Positions 13,214 through 23,589 of a stretch of DNA of 64,000 nucleotides are shown piece by piece; position 1 is the first letter of the stretch, and each line of letters opens with the position of its first letter. Origin of the DNA: Eledone cirrhosa (Eukaryota); the NCBI GenBank assembly GCA_964016885.1, contig OZ024740.1:235228001-235292000 (forward strand). The letters are read 5' to 3'. The notes beneath the pieces are model-generated. The model ran no database searches, was not told the origin of the DNA, and was given only the letters and a program-made list of their open reading frames with translations. Both the position numbers and the translations under genes were made by a program.

Positions 13214-13656
13214 TAACAGATTAAAGTTTAAGCAAAGAATCGCTGCGTTCGCCCTTAACGGGATCTTCTGAAACTAAAAAAATCAATCTGTGAACGCAGA
13301 AGTAAATATTTCGAAAAACGTTACACTATATATATATGATGATGGCTGCCCCCTCGTTATCGAGTATGGCCATTGCACGAGGAGAAAAAAAAAATGTAGC
13401 GTCATAATGTCGTAATGCAGACAGCCAGACATACAGACAGGTATTATAAGGGCACGACGTTGTAGCTGTGTTTATCTAAAATTAAAGACTAAGAATTTTA
13501 GAGAGGTCACTAAATCGTCTAATGCGGTCCCTAGGGCATTGAAAATTTGAAATATTTTTTGCTCAAAACACTCACACGGCCATAAGTGTTACATGTGTTC
13601 TCGAGTTTTAGGGAGTCAGACAGACAGACAGACATTCTCTGTTTTAGATATATAGA
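13030..13656 (-). mobile_element. Non-autonomous Helitron
   Basis: Minus strand 5' TCTATATATCTAAAAC..TGTCTGTCTGTC; 3' hairpin CCCGAGCAAGGCCGGG followed by CTAG; inserted between A and T with no TSD. Confidence 0.75.
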
Positions 13657-15350
13657 TATATATATAAGAGAGTAATTTGCTTGAAACATTGTAATTCGAA
13701 GGTTGCGACAATGCAAAAGGTGTGCTACGATTTAAGACAAAAAGCTTTTCTGTCTTTTTTTTTTTTTATTTAAATACCACCTTAATTTTCGAGATAAAAT
13801 CTTTTCACCAGAAGTAAAAAAAAACTTGGAAAATAGAGAATGTTTTAGCTTGTATGTGTCTTCTTTTCTTTCTGTTTATGCCGTTACTAGCCGGAAGTGT
13901 TAGTAGGAGGTGTGAGATGTGATAACGTCTTTGTGTGAGTGCGTACATGTGTGTGTGTGTGTATGTGTGTGCGCGGTTTTCCTTTATACTTGAAACACGC
14001 CGAAGTAGGTTGCCATAACAACTTTCTCAAGCGTTGCATAAAAAAACAACGCTATCAAGAACATACCTGTTAACATGCTTCCAGCTACCAAGCTTTAAAC
14101 AATCACTAGACTACATACACAAATTCTGCCTCGAAAACACCTACAAAATTTGCACCACTAACTCCATCAGCATATACAGAAAATCTCCATTACACTACAA
14201 ACTCGAAATAGTTTCTGAGTCCCTGCTGCAATATACAACCGTAGCTATGGATCGAAGCTACCATTACAGCTTCAATCATGAGAAGAAACGTCTCAAATGA
14301 AAATTCCTACAGCTCCAAATGATACATCAACACAACAGAAGTTCTCCCAAACACGCCAACAGGAATATACAGGACGATCCCGCCATTGCAACACAAATGG
14401 GACGCTATTCCTTGTGCATCTGCTTGACCAGCAACGACTAGAGCGCTCCATCCCCGTCTCTCAGTTGACATTTCATATAGCCTTGGTCTCCAAATCTGTG
14501 CGCAACACAAAGGCCATTCTGAGTGTATAGACGTTTTTGAACTCCACACGTAATGTTGCCTAAGAGGCAATCGATGTGCCGCGTTTAACAATTTTGTTAA
14601 ATATGTACCTCAAGTCACTTCTCTACTCATTTCGATTGGGATGGCAATGGCCATTCGCAAGAACAAGTCAAGTGGCCAAGTTCTTTCAGCACTTCTCTCT
14701 CACCATCTTCCGGGATAACGCTTTCGCTGGGTTGTCTATTACAATTAATATTTATAACTATCATTAAGACACTTTTGAAATGCACAAAAAACAATGAATA
14801 TCCACAGAATTTAAATGACACGAATAAAGGATAGACGAATTTCCTTATGCCTGTGAAAAGACACTCTCTTTGGTGCTTGGCATGAAGATTCACAAAGCGA
14901 AAAAAAAGCTGTATAAAGATATTCTTGAATGAACAGCAGTGCATTGCTCCAGCATATAAAACGTCGGAAAACCCAGGCCAGGAGTCAAACCACAGTGTCA
15001 AGGACATCCACGCTATTGATTCAGACGAGGAATTTGTACAAGTCCTTCATACCAGATGATGCATGTTTAACATACATGGAAGAATACTCTGGAGCACGAA
15101 GTTAGCCACTTTCAGAGACATTGTTTATAGTTTGCAGGGACGCCTATGGAGTGAAAACACCCCCTAAAAAATCTGGACGTCAGCGAGAGATGAATAACAT
15201 CTGGAAAAATAGGATCTCAAGAAACAGATGAAGGCTACCTCAGCATTTGAGAATTTAAACGTACGCTAAGGGAAGTAACTCTAGTGAGTCACAGTGACAA
15301 CAGCGACTCTTGTCGTTTCGCCACCATCATGACTACTAACATTATTTTTC

Positions 15351-15540
15351 CGGTGAATTGGCAGTATCGGTAGAGGGTCGGACGCCACGCTTTGACGCAT
15401 AGAGTTACGGCCCTTGCCATTCTGATTTCAAATCCCGCCGAGGTTAACTTTGCCTTTCATCCTTACGGGGTCGATAAAATAAAGTACCAGTAATCTACTG
15501 AGTATTTGCTGGCCTTGTGCCAATAGTAGAAACAATTATT
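15351..15540 (+). mobile_element. tRNA-headed SINE (representative copy); relatives at ~23168-23350(+), 43672-43815(-), 45548-45690(+), 52347-52450(+), 55396-55548(+), 57535-57730(-), 57738-57925(-), 58349-58457(+)
   Basis: A-box-like TGGCAGTATCGG, B-box-like (G)TTCAAATCC, conserved core GCCTTTCATCCTTACGGGGTCGATAAAATAAAGTACCAG and tail TTGCTGGCCTTGTGCC..GTAGAAACAATTATT, repeated many times in the window. Confidence 0.8.
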
Positions 15541-16130
15541 TTTCTAAAACAACCCTAGAAAGCGTCTAAATATAAGTTTGAAAGCAGAAGCAATGGAGAG
15601 AAGTTTCAGCAGAATCTTGTCGAGGAAGAACATAATCCCCATCCGATTTAAATACATAAGAAGTCTCCGATATCCAAGTAGCTAAAAGATGTCAACAGAA
15701 GAGCACCCAGGAGTCATGTCCTGGATGCGTCCCGGGCTCCCTTAGAGTGTAAGAAGTTAAGGGCTAAAAACTTACACGGGATGGGGTGGGGGATTCTCTG
15801 AAGATCTGTTGTTCAGCTCTCGAGTTCTTAATAGATACCTATATTTTGATGTATACATATCTATATATGAATCAGTCTAAAGGAGCTGAAAAGTTGTTGA
15901 GTTTATATGATAAACTAGTTTGGAACTTTGATGACATGAAATGTTTGAAAGAATATCCATTCAGGATACCATGTAGTAAGTTATATGATATGACTGAGTG
16001 TTAAAAAAAGTTGAAACAAATAGATTTAGCTCCAGTCTTAACTTGGCCATTCTTTATGTGAATCACAACTAAGAGCTCTCCAGCTTTGCCCTATGACTGT
16101 TATAGTTATCTCACCTTACCCCAAACAACA

Positions 16131-16868
16131 ATGGCGATCTATTTCACAAACCTCGTGTCGAAAAATTTCGGCACGTGTCTTCGGAGAAACTGCATCAAGA
16201 TTTGTAGGTTAATGACAACATTTGATCAACATTCATCAGATACTGAAGAAGTACCAAAACCCCCAAAGAAGCCAACAACTATGTTTTTTGAATTTTTGGC
16301 AAAAAATCGTCAAGCAGTTCTTTCAAATAACCCAGGCTTAAAAAATCAAGATGTGGTAAGTTTGGTAGCGAAAATGTATCATAACTTGCCCGAGACAGAC
16401 AAACAGCTTTTGAAAGAAGAATCAAACAAAAGATTCCAAGCTTATAAGGAAGAATACGCTAAATTTAAGTCATCTTTATCTTCACAACAACTCCAAGCCA
16501 TGAACGTATTATCACAGAAGAAAAAGACTAGTCGCAAAAAGAGAGAAAAAAAGCGTACTGAGAAGAAATATGGCCATCCACAGCGACCAGTAAATTCCTA
16601 CTGCATCTTTCTACGGGAAAATAAAGTAAAAAAGGGAAACATGAGTTTTATAGAATTTTCCAAACATTTGTCTCGAATCTGGAAAGAAATGCCGGCAGAG
16701 GAAAAATCTGTCTATCATGATATGTCTGTAACCGAGAGAGAAAGGTACGCGGTTCAAATGGTTGATTGGGAACAATTGATGTTAGAGGAAGGTCGACCGA
16801 ATTTGGTACGAGGTCATAATAAAACTGAGAAAAAGATCAAGAAAACTAAAAGAAAAAAGAAGACGTGA
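16131..16868 (+). CDS. TFAM: Mitochondrial transcription factor A-like protein, two HMG boxes, 245 aa, single coding exon
   Basis: ATG at 16131 (ACAATGG context); basic presequence-like N-terminus; HMG-A PKPPKKPTTMFFEF..; Lys-rich linker; HMG-B GHPQRPVNSYCIF..W..MP.EEK..Y; TFAM-typical WEQLMLEEGRPNLVR and basic tail. No stops or frameshifts. Confidence 0.9.
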   Translation: MAIYFTNLVSKNFGTCLRRNCIKICRLMTTFDQHSSDTEEVPKPPKKPTTMFFEFLAKNRQAVLSNNPGLKNQDVVSLVAKMYHNLPETDKQLLKEESNKRFQAYKEEYAKFKSSLSSQQLQAMNVLSQKKKTSRKKREKKRTEKKYGHPQRPVNSYCIFLRENKVKKGNMSFIEFSKHLSRIWKEMPAEEKSVYHDMSVTERERYAVQMVDWEQLMLEEGRPNLVRGHNKTEKKIKKTKRKKKT

Positions 16869-18193
16869 CCAGAGAGACTTTGGTATTTTTTATCTGTGAT
16901 GTTATAATAACGAAAACAAAAAAAAAGATTAAATGATCACGAACTGCCCCCAAAAATACGGTTTGAAGTAAAAAAAAAAAATCGTAAAATGATAAAATAC
17001 AAAAGCCAACAACGAAACTTGTGCCTGTGTGAGAACGGTTAACTTGGTTGAGTTGCGAAGAATGAGAATATATTGTTTCGTTTGTTTACATTTCGTCAAC
17101 CGCTTACGATGGATCACTATATACAAACTGATGCGCGTGTGTGTGGTGTGTGTGCATGTATATATAGGAAGTTTGTTTTTTTTGACAAATTTAGACCATT
17201 GGAATTTTTTCTACGTATAAATATTTCTTTATTTATCAATTTCTGTGATTCAGTGTACTGTGAAATTTTTCAGAGCTTTTTTTTCTGTAAGAAGTTGTAA
17301 AAAAATGTTGGCTGATAGAAAACATGAAGTTGACAATCTGGTTTAATTTTAGTGAATGGCTGTGAATATAAACAAAATATAATATTTTTAATATAAATTA
17401 GCTACTTTCTCCTTTGTAGCTACAAACCGCCCTGTCAGCAATTGGTTATGATTGAACCCAGCTTTCTTGTTTAAAGTCTCAGACGACTAAAATATGATTA
17501 CATTAAATAAACGATAACAAGTAAAATATAGTACTTAAGTATCCATCAAAAGACTTGCAAAAGCTATCAAATCGTATTCATCCCAATTCCATTACATGTG
17601 TCTTGTGGTGTGTTCAATAAATGACACAGAAAACCTTCAAATAACTCGCTTGAATGTGTAACTATTTTTCTAATAAATGCCGTACTATGAACATATTGTG
17701 ATTTGTAAACACCCTGTAGCACCAAAAAAAACATACAACTAAAGTTCTTGAAATGCAATACAAATGCTTTCGAATATTTTTAGTCCTCTCAAACCTTAGC
17801 AAAAATTAACCGGCTACTAGTTCATGCTTCATGGTTACAGCAGACACACATTAATTTATTAATTATTGATTATTGCAAATTGGTTTCTTTATGGCCAGAA
17901 GATAGTTCTGTTTTGATTAGTTGCTGATCATTTACAAAGCACACATAAACCTACTTTAATGTATTAATTAAATATAATGGGACAGTATTGCTGCTGTATG
18001 CACATACATCCTTGACTATATCCAAAACAACGCCATGCAGTTTGGCGAAGATCCACTCAGTATAAGCTGATAGCAGTGCTGTTTCATCTTGTTTATATCT
18101 TTAAGCCCAGACGTATTTCACACTTTTAGTGATCAGAGCTAAGACTACTGATACCTTGATTTTTAGTTGAAACCTGAAAAGTAATATCACTAT

Positions 18194-18370
18194 TTTCTTA
18201 CACCTGTTTCTCACAGGTCTGGTTACTCATTCATACCTATTTCTTAACCCTTTTCTTATCAACCTGATTGATCGCCTCTGATTTCTTACACCTGTTTCTC
18301 ACAGGTCTGGTTACTCATTCATACCTATTTCTTAACCCTTTTCTTATCAACCTGATTGATCGCCTCTGAT
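18194..18370. repeat. Two-copy perfect tandem duplication, 88-bp period
   Basis: TTTCTTACACCTGTTTCTCACAGG...GATCGCCTCTGA starts at 18194 and again at 18282. Confidence 0.9.
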
Positions 18371-19084
18371 TCACTTGTTTTAAAGTGTTCATATTTAAAT
18401 TAAAACTTTACATCAGAATTTTATTTCAGCACGTTTTGTTGGGTTATGTTTCTAGCAACAACTTAATCATGAGAAACCTTGTTTTACTGAACCCATACAA
18501 ACTCTACCTCACTCACATCTAACATTAAGCAGCCATCTTGCACACACACACATTTACAATTGAGTACCCACTTCACATATCTAAGAAGCATTCACCTCAC
18601 ACAGAAAATTAATAATTAGAAAAATGAACATAATAGGGAGTGATTTATTGTACTGTATTTCATATAGGCATTTGTGAAGAACTAAATTGTGTCCACTCAC
18701 TAGTCCTGACATCAGTAAAACCAAGAAATCAGTGAATGACCCAGAAATGTCTTATTTGATAGGTCAGGCATTGGATCAAAGGTGAAGGAGTTCTAATACA
18801 ATAGATTATTATCAAGTGAATATAGTCCATTACATCAAAAAGGCACCAAAATATAAACACAACATATCAAGTATGACTACATTAGAGATCCATTCTACAC
18901 CCTCTTTCGAGTCCAAGTGTCTGTCACTATCTTAAACTCAATTTGTTCATACAAAGGCCTTTGTCTCTATTGGTCTTATAATTGTTATTGATCTTGTATT
19001 TTTGCTTGCTTCTTGATTTTTTTTAGCTTGCACAGCTTCAGGTTTTCCATGTTTCTTAACTACGTGCAATATTTATATAGAGAT

Positions 19085-19352
19085 TATTTGTCAGTTTATC
19101 GGATGGTAGAGTTGTGTGAGTGAACATTATATTTCAAAGTTGGTTACCCTGCTTATTATGACAGATATAAGAGGGGCTTTTATGAGATATCAAGGCAATC
19201 ACTTTGTTTCTAAGTTTGGCTTCCTCTGCACCTAATGCAGAGTTCCACTTGAAAACACTCACTGGAGTCTGGAATTGTGTATCAAGGCATCCCTCAGCAA
19301 TATTCAAGGGTTCCACAAATGAGTAAAGTTTGGGTAAATCAATGTCACTTCC
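19085..19352 (-). pseudogene. Fragment of GALNT10-like pseudogene (start of ricin-lectin domain)
   Basis: VEPLNIAEGCLDTQF..CHNKQGNQL; nucleotide-collinear with ~55045-55350; cut on the right by a piggyBac-type MITE. Confidence 0.75.
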
Positions 19353-19356
19353 TTAA

Positions 19357-19538
19357 CCCTTTAGCATTTACATTACTCTATATTTACTATTTTATTTTCA
19401 CGGAAAAGGCTTTATCTCATATATTAAATCTATGAGATTTTGATATATATTTTGAGAACAATACCTTAACATCAGTATGAGTGCCCAGTTTGGACAGAAC
19501 GAGTTGAGAGAATTCTGGACGGTTTAAATGCTAAAGGG
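19357..19538. mobile_element. piggyBac-type MITE (~190 bp)
   Basis: TTAA-CCCTTTAGCATTTA ... TAAATGCTAAAGGG-TTTAA: CCC/GGG termini, TIRs and TTAA target. Confidence 0.85.
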
Positions 19539-19837
19539 TTTAACTTACGTAAAAAAAAAAAAAAATGCAGGCAAAAAGAAATGCCCACAGTGCATTTGCA
19601 GAGTTAAACAGCCAAAGTTGTTCAGTGAAAACAATAACCAAAGCACATTTCTTATGGATAATTATGATTCTGAATACCAGCTGCTAACTAAAAAATATGT
19701 AATTAGCAAAAAATTGTACTTTGAACTTAGCAATCAACCAGAATAATACACCAACAAAATATAGCACTAAAAACAACTGCTGCTGCTGCTACTACTACAA
19801 CAGCCATGAAACACCATCATCACCACCACTAATTTGA

Positions 19838-20085
19838 AGCACGTGGTCTAGTAGGTTTGATTCCTGGACTGGGTTGTGTATTGTTTTTAAGCAAAACACT
19901 TCATTTTCACATTGCTTCAGTATACTCAACTGGAAATGGGTGCCAGCAACTGCTGGGGGTTTAACCTTGTGATGGACTGGTGTCCTGTCCAGGAAGAAAT
20001 CTAGTACTTTCAGTCACTTCACACCACGGAAACGGATAAACACCAGCCTGATAAGCATCCAAGCTTGAGACAATCTAGACTTAGA
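19838..20085 (+). mobile_element. SINE-like repeat (tRNA-like head, CORE-like middle)
   Basis: TGGTCTAGT..GGTTTGATTCC boxes, TTAAGCAAAACACTTCATTT core-like stretch, CCTTGTGATGGACTGG..CCTGTCCAGG. Confidence 0.5.
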
Positions 20086-20640
20086 CCACCAACAACAGAA
20101 TTACAGACTCTAGTGTGTCAGTGTGATGAAAATGCTACCAAATTGCCTGGCTTAGATGGTGTTTAGCTATATGCTTATATCGCAGACTTGTTCAGCAACA
20201 GGTGTCTACTTCAGCTGGCAGCAGGACAGGAAAATCCCCAATTCTATGGGCCACAGAGCAGTGGCGTGACTGAAAAATGACCTGAACAGGGAAGACCCCA
20301 ATGACAATTTTCTGTCCATGACTTTACTAAATGCAGAGTTCAAGATTTTGAGTAAGGTGTTAGCAAAAAGGTTGGCACTTGTCCTTGGTGTTTTGACTGG
20401 GAAGACGTAGGCATGCCTTATAGCAAACAGTTCCATCCCCGACAACTTTCACCTCACATTATACATCATAAAGAAAGTGAGTAAGGAATAGGGCATGGGT
20501 GGAGTTCTTTTCAAATTAGATCAATCGAAAGCTTTCAATATTTGGCGGGTGTCCTCAGGGCAGTTAGTTGTGGCATCCTCTTCAGAGGATGGATAGCTGC
20601 AATGTACAGCGACATCTGTTCAGTGGTCAGAGTTAGTATC
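20085..20640 (+). mobile_element. Old degenerate Tx1-type RT fragment
   Basis: Collinear with ~27030-27560 (..AATGCAGAGTTCAAGATTTTG..AAGGTGTTAGCAAAAAGGTTGGC, TTAGATCAATCGAAAGCTTTC), with many stops. Confidence 0.8.
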
Positions 20641-20754
20641 ATTAGCTCGATCTATCAAGCTTGTTCCCTCACATCACTGCAACAACTCAAACAAAAAACA
20701 GAATTAAAACCAACACAGAGGACCACGAGGACATGGACAACAATAACAGTAATA

Positions 20755-21405
20755 ACATTCGCCCACTTATTCCTGAGAGGGTCACAGGGGAAGAGTCCTC
20801 AAACACTCCTAGCAGGTCCTGTCAGAAGCAACCATCTCCCACTGATCCAGCTTGATACCCAAGCTCATAGATGTTATCCAACCATCTTGCTCTGTGTCGT
20901 TTGCTGGTTGGTTTTGCCTGTAAAATCTGTCCAGCGATTTTTTCCCCCCGAGACATTCTAACCACATGCCCATGGTATTGGAGTTTTGATCTCTCAATTT
21001 GGAGAAGTAGTGGCTCTACCTGGAGTGACTCTGATCTCTGAGTTACTTACTTATTCGCGATCGTACTCTTTTGGTCATTACCCAAGATTCATCACCTTGG
21101 GTAAAGGTTGGCACGAAAACCAAATTGAAGATAGCAAGTTTGGCTTTTGCACCTACCTCCCTTTTGATTACTGAATGCTGAAGCTGGCGCATTACTGCAC
21201 CAGCTTTTGCAATTCTTGCACTTAATTCAGCCTCCTGTCCACCATCACTTGTGAACACGGCCCCAAGATACTCCTGCTTCAGTGGAACTCCATTCACATG
21301 TAGGGTGCACTGTGCATGCTTCCTTGAGAGGACGAGTGTCTCAGTTTTCTCAGCACTGATTTTCATTCCAGCCATGCAGCACTCGGCATCAAACTTATCA
21401 ACATG
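20755..21405 (-). mobile_element. RTE-clade LINE 3' fragment
   Basis: GMKISAEKTE..YLGAVFTSDGG.EAE..ARIAKA..AKLAIF..ESWVMTKR. Homologous copy at 42965-43670 (+). Confidence 0.75.
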
Positions 21406-21459
21406 AACAACAATATCAATAACAACAACAGCACTGCAATGATAGATATAACAGAAGCA

Positions 21460-23160
21460 AACAATAGACAATGGGAGAATTCCCAGTACTCTAAACCATG
21501 GAGCAGTGGCGCTGCTGAGAAAAGACCCAAACAAGGGGGACAATATCGATAATTTTAGACCTATAACACTACTAAATGCAGAGTTTAAAATTTGGGTCAA
21601 AGTGTTAGCAGTGAGGTGCTTGTCATTGGTGGACTAGGGGGCGAGGAGGCGCCAACATGTGCCATCCACAACAATCTTCACCTCGTGATACATCATAGAG
21701 AGGGGGGGGGGGGGGGCTAAGGAAATTGGCAGAGTTGGGGCCCTGATCAACTTAGATCAATCAAAAGCCTTTGATAGGGTCAACCATCAATACTTGGTCG
21801 CTGTCCTCAAGGCATCCGATTTCGGGCCCTTTTTGAGGTGCTGGATCACTGCAATGCACAGTGAAATCTGTTCTGTGGTTAGAGTGAGTGGTTACCTTTT
21901 GGAACAATTCAACATCATGCATTTGGTCCACTAAGTATGTCACCTCTCGTCTCTTTTGTATGTATTGACTCTTGAGCCATTACTACACAAATTAGAGGCA
22001 TTGAGGGACGTCCTGCGTGGACTAGGATGTGGGAGATTCATGTCAGCTTATTCTGACGATGTTATTATAGTGTGTCGAGCACCAAATACATTGAGATGAT
22101 GGGCATTGCTCTCAAAGAGTACGAGGTGTTAATAGGAGCAAAAATTAACCAGGAAAAGTCAGTGGGCTTGTAGCTCAGCACCTGGAGAGGTAGGTCCAAG
22201 CTGTCCAACAGCGTCATCGGGTGCTGGATAGACGGACCTGTTAAATTGCTAGGGGTCTAGTTTGGTCCAGACCTCTAAATGAACAAAAACTGGGATGAGG
22301 TCATGAGCATGGTGACCTCTCTCACCCAGAAATGGGCTGAAAGGTTGGGAAGAGGTGGCAAACACATACATCATCTACTACCATCTGACTGTCCTGGTCC
22401 ATGTCTGACTGCACTGGAGCACCTACTCTTTCACTTCTTGTGGAAGGGAGGTTCCACTGGTTAGGCGGTCGTTTGCTGTCAACACCCATTGCGTGGAGTG
22501 GTGGGCATGCTGTAGCTAATGATGTGCAACTCTACAGCCATACCCTCAGCTAGGCCTATCCGAGATGCATGCAGGGTGATGAAACTGTCCTATACACACT
22601 CGTCCAGTGTTCGAGCATTGCTCACTTGTGGGTTTATGCCAAACACCTGCTGTTACATGTAGGAGGGATCTGGCTATCAGCTGAGTCCATTGTGAAGATA
22701 GCCCTTTAACCAGCAAGGACAGGCAGTGTTTATCTACCTGGTGGCCATGGTGAAAGAGGTTGTGTGGTGGATAATTCTAAGAGGGCTGAAGACAAACACT
22801 TTCCTCTTCGGTGAAGCCCTGATTAACTTTTTCAGGTTTTATTTGAAGAGGGAAGTGCTACCTTCCAAGCAGTTTGTTGAAAGATGGCTGAGGGAGGTGA
22901 GAATGGCCCGAGCGAATGGGCCTGCTCTGAGTATGTGCCTGTAGATTGGAGATAGAAAACTGGGATAGGGCACTTGCCCTGGTAGTCAGGGTGACTGTGG
23001 CTTTTTGTGGGCTTTCTCCATGTGTGACGCCTGGAAGTCTCTCCCCTATTGGGAAATTTACTGTTTTTATATCATGTTATATGAACGTTTTACATGCTAA
23101 AACCCACACTTTTTTCATCCTGTTCTCTCTGTATCGCCCTTAATGTTTTTCTTCATGTAA
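21460..23160 (+). mobile_element. Old degenerate Tx1-type element, 3' half of ORF2 plus 3'UTR
   Basis: Collinear with ~33630-35830 (DNFRPITLLN, LDQSKAFDRVNH, AYSDDV, VAMVKEVVWW..RMARANGP); many stops and deletions; ends at a SINE. Confidence 0.85.
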
Positions 23161-23589
23161 GCACTGCGTTGGCAGTATCAGTTGAGTGTCGGACAACATG
23201 CTTTGTAGCATTGAGTTACGGCCCTTTACGTTCTGATTCGAATCTCACCAAGGTTAGCTTAGCCTTTCATCTTTACGGGGGTCAATAAAATAGAGCACCA
23301 GGGTCGATTTAATTACTTTTCCTCTCCCTCAAAATTGCTCGCCTTGTGCCTGTTACGTACTTGGACCCCGTACAGCCGAGCTTCTCCGCAAGATCGGAAC
23401 GTCGGCGGCCCGTCTCAGGAAGGAGCCCCATGAGGTTGGGTGGCTGTTGCAGCGGGTGCCACTGGCTATCATTCGCAGGAATGCTTTTGCGGTCCTATAT
23501 GCGGAGCGCAGCACTTCTGCCCCATTGCCCTAGGTCCAAAGCTCAATCACGCCCACTTCAGAGCTCTTGTCATTATTATTATTATTATT

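Noticed and set aside
14000-15330. Possible LINE or DNA-transposon coding remnants
   Set aside because: Composition is suggestive, but no diagnostic motif could be read with confidence.
16086-16130. N-terminal extension of TFAM in the ORF track
   Set aside because: It begins at a TTG; the first ATG in good context is at 16131.
18194-18370. Functional role for the 88-bp tandem duplication (also a 46-bp duplication at 53971-54062)
   Set aside because: Simple two-copy slippage or assembly duplication with no ORF or structural signal.
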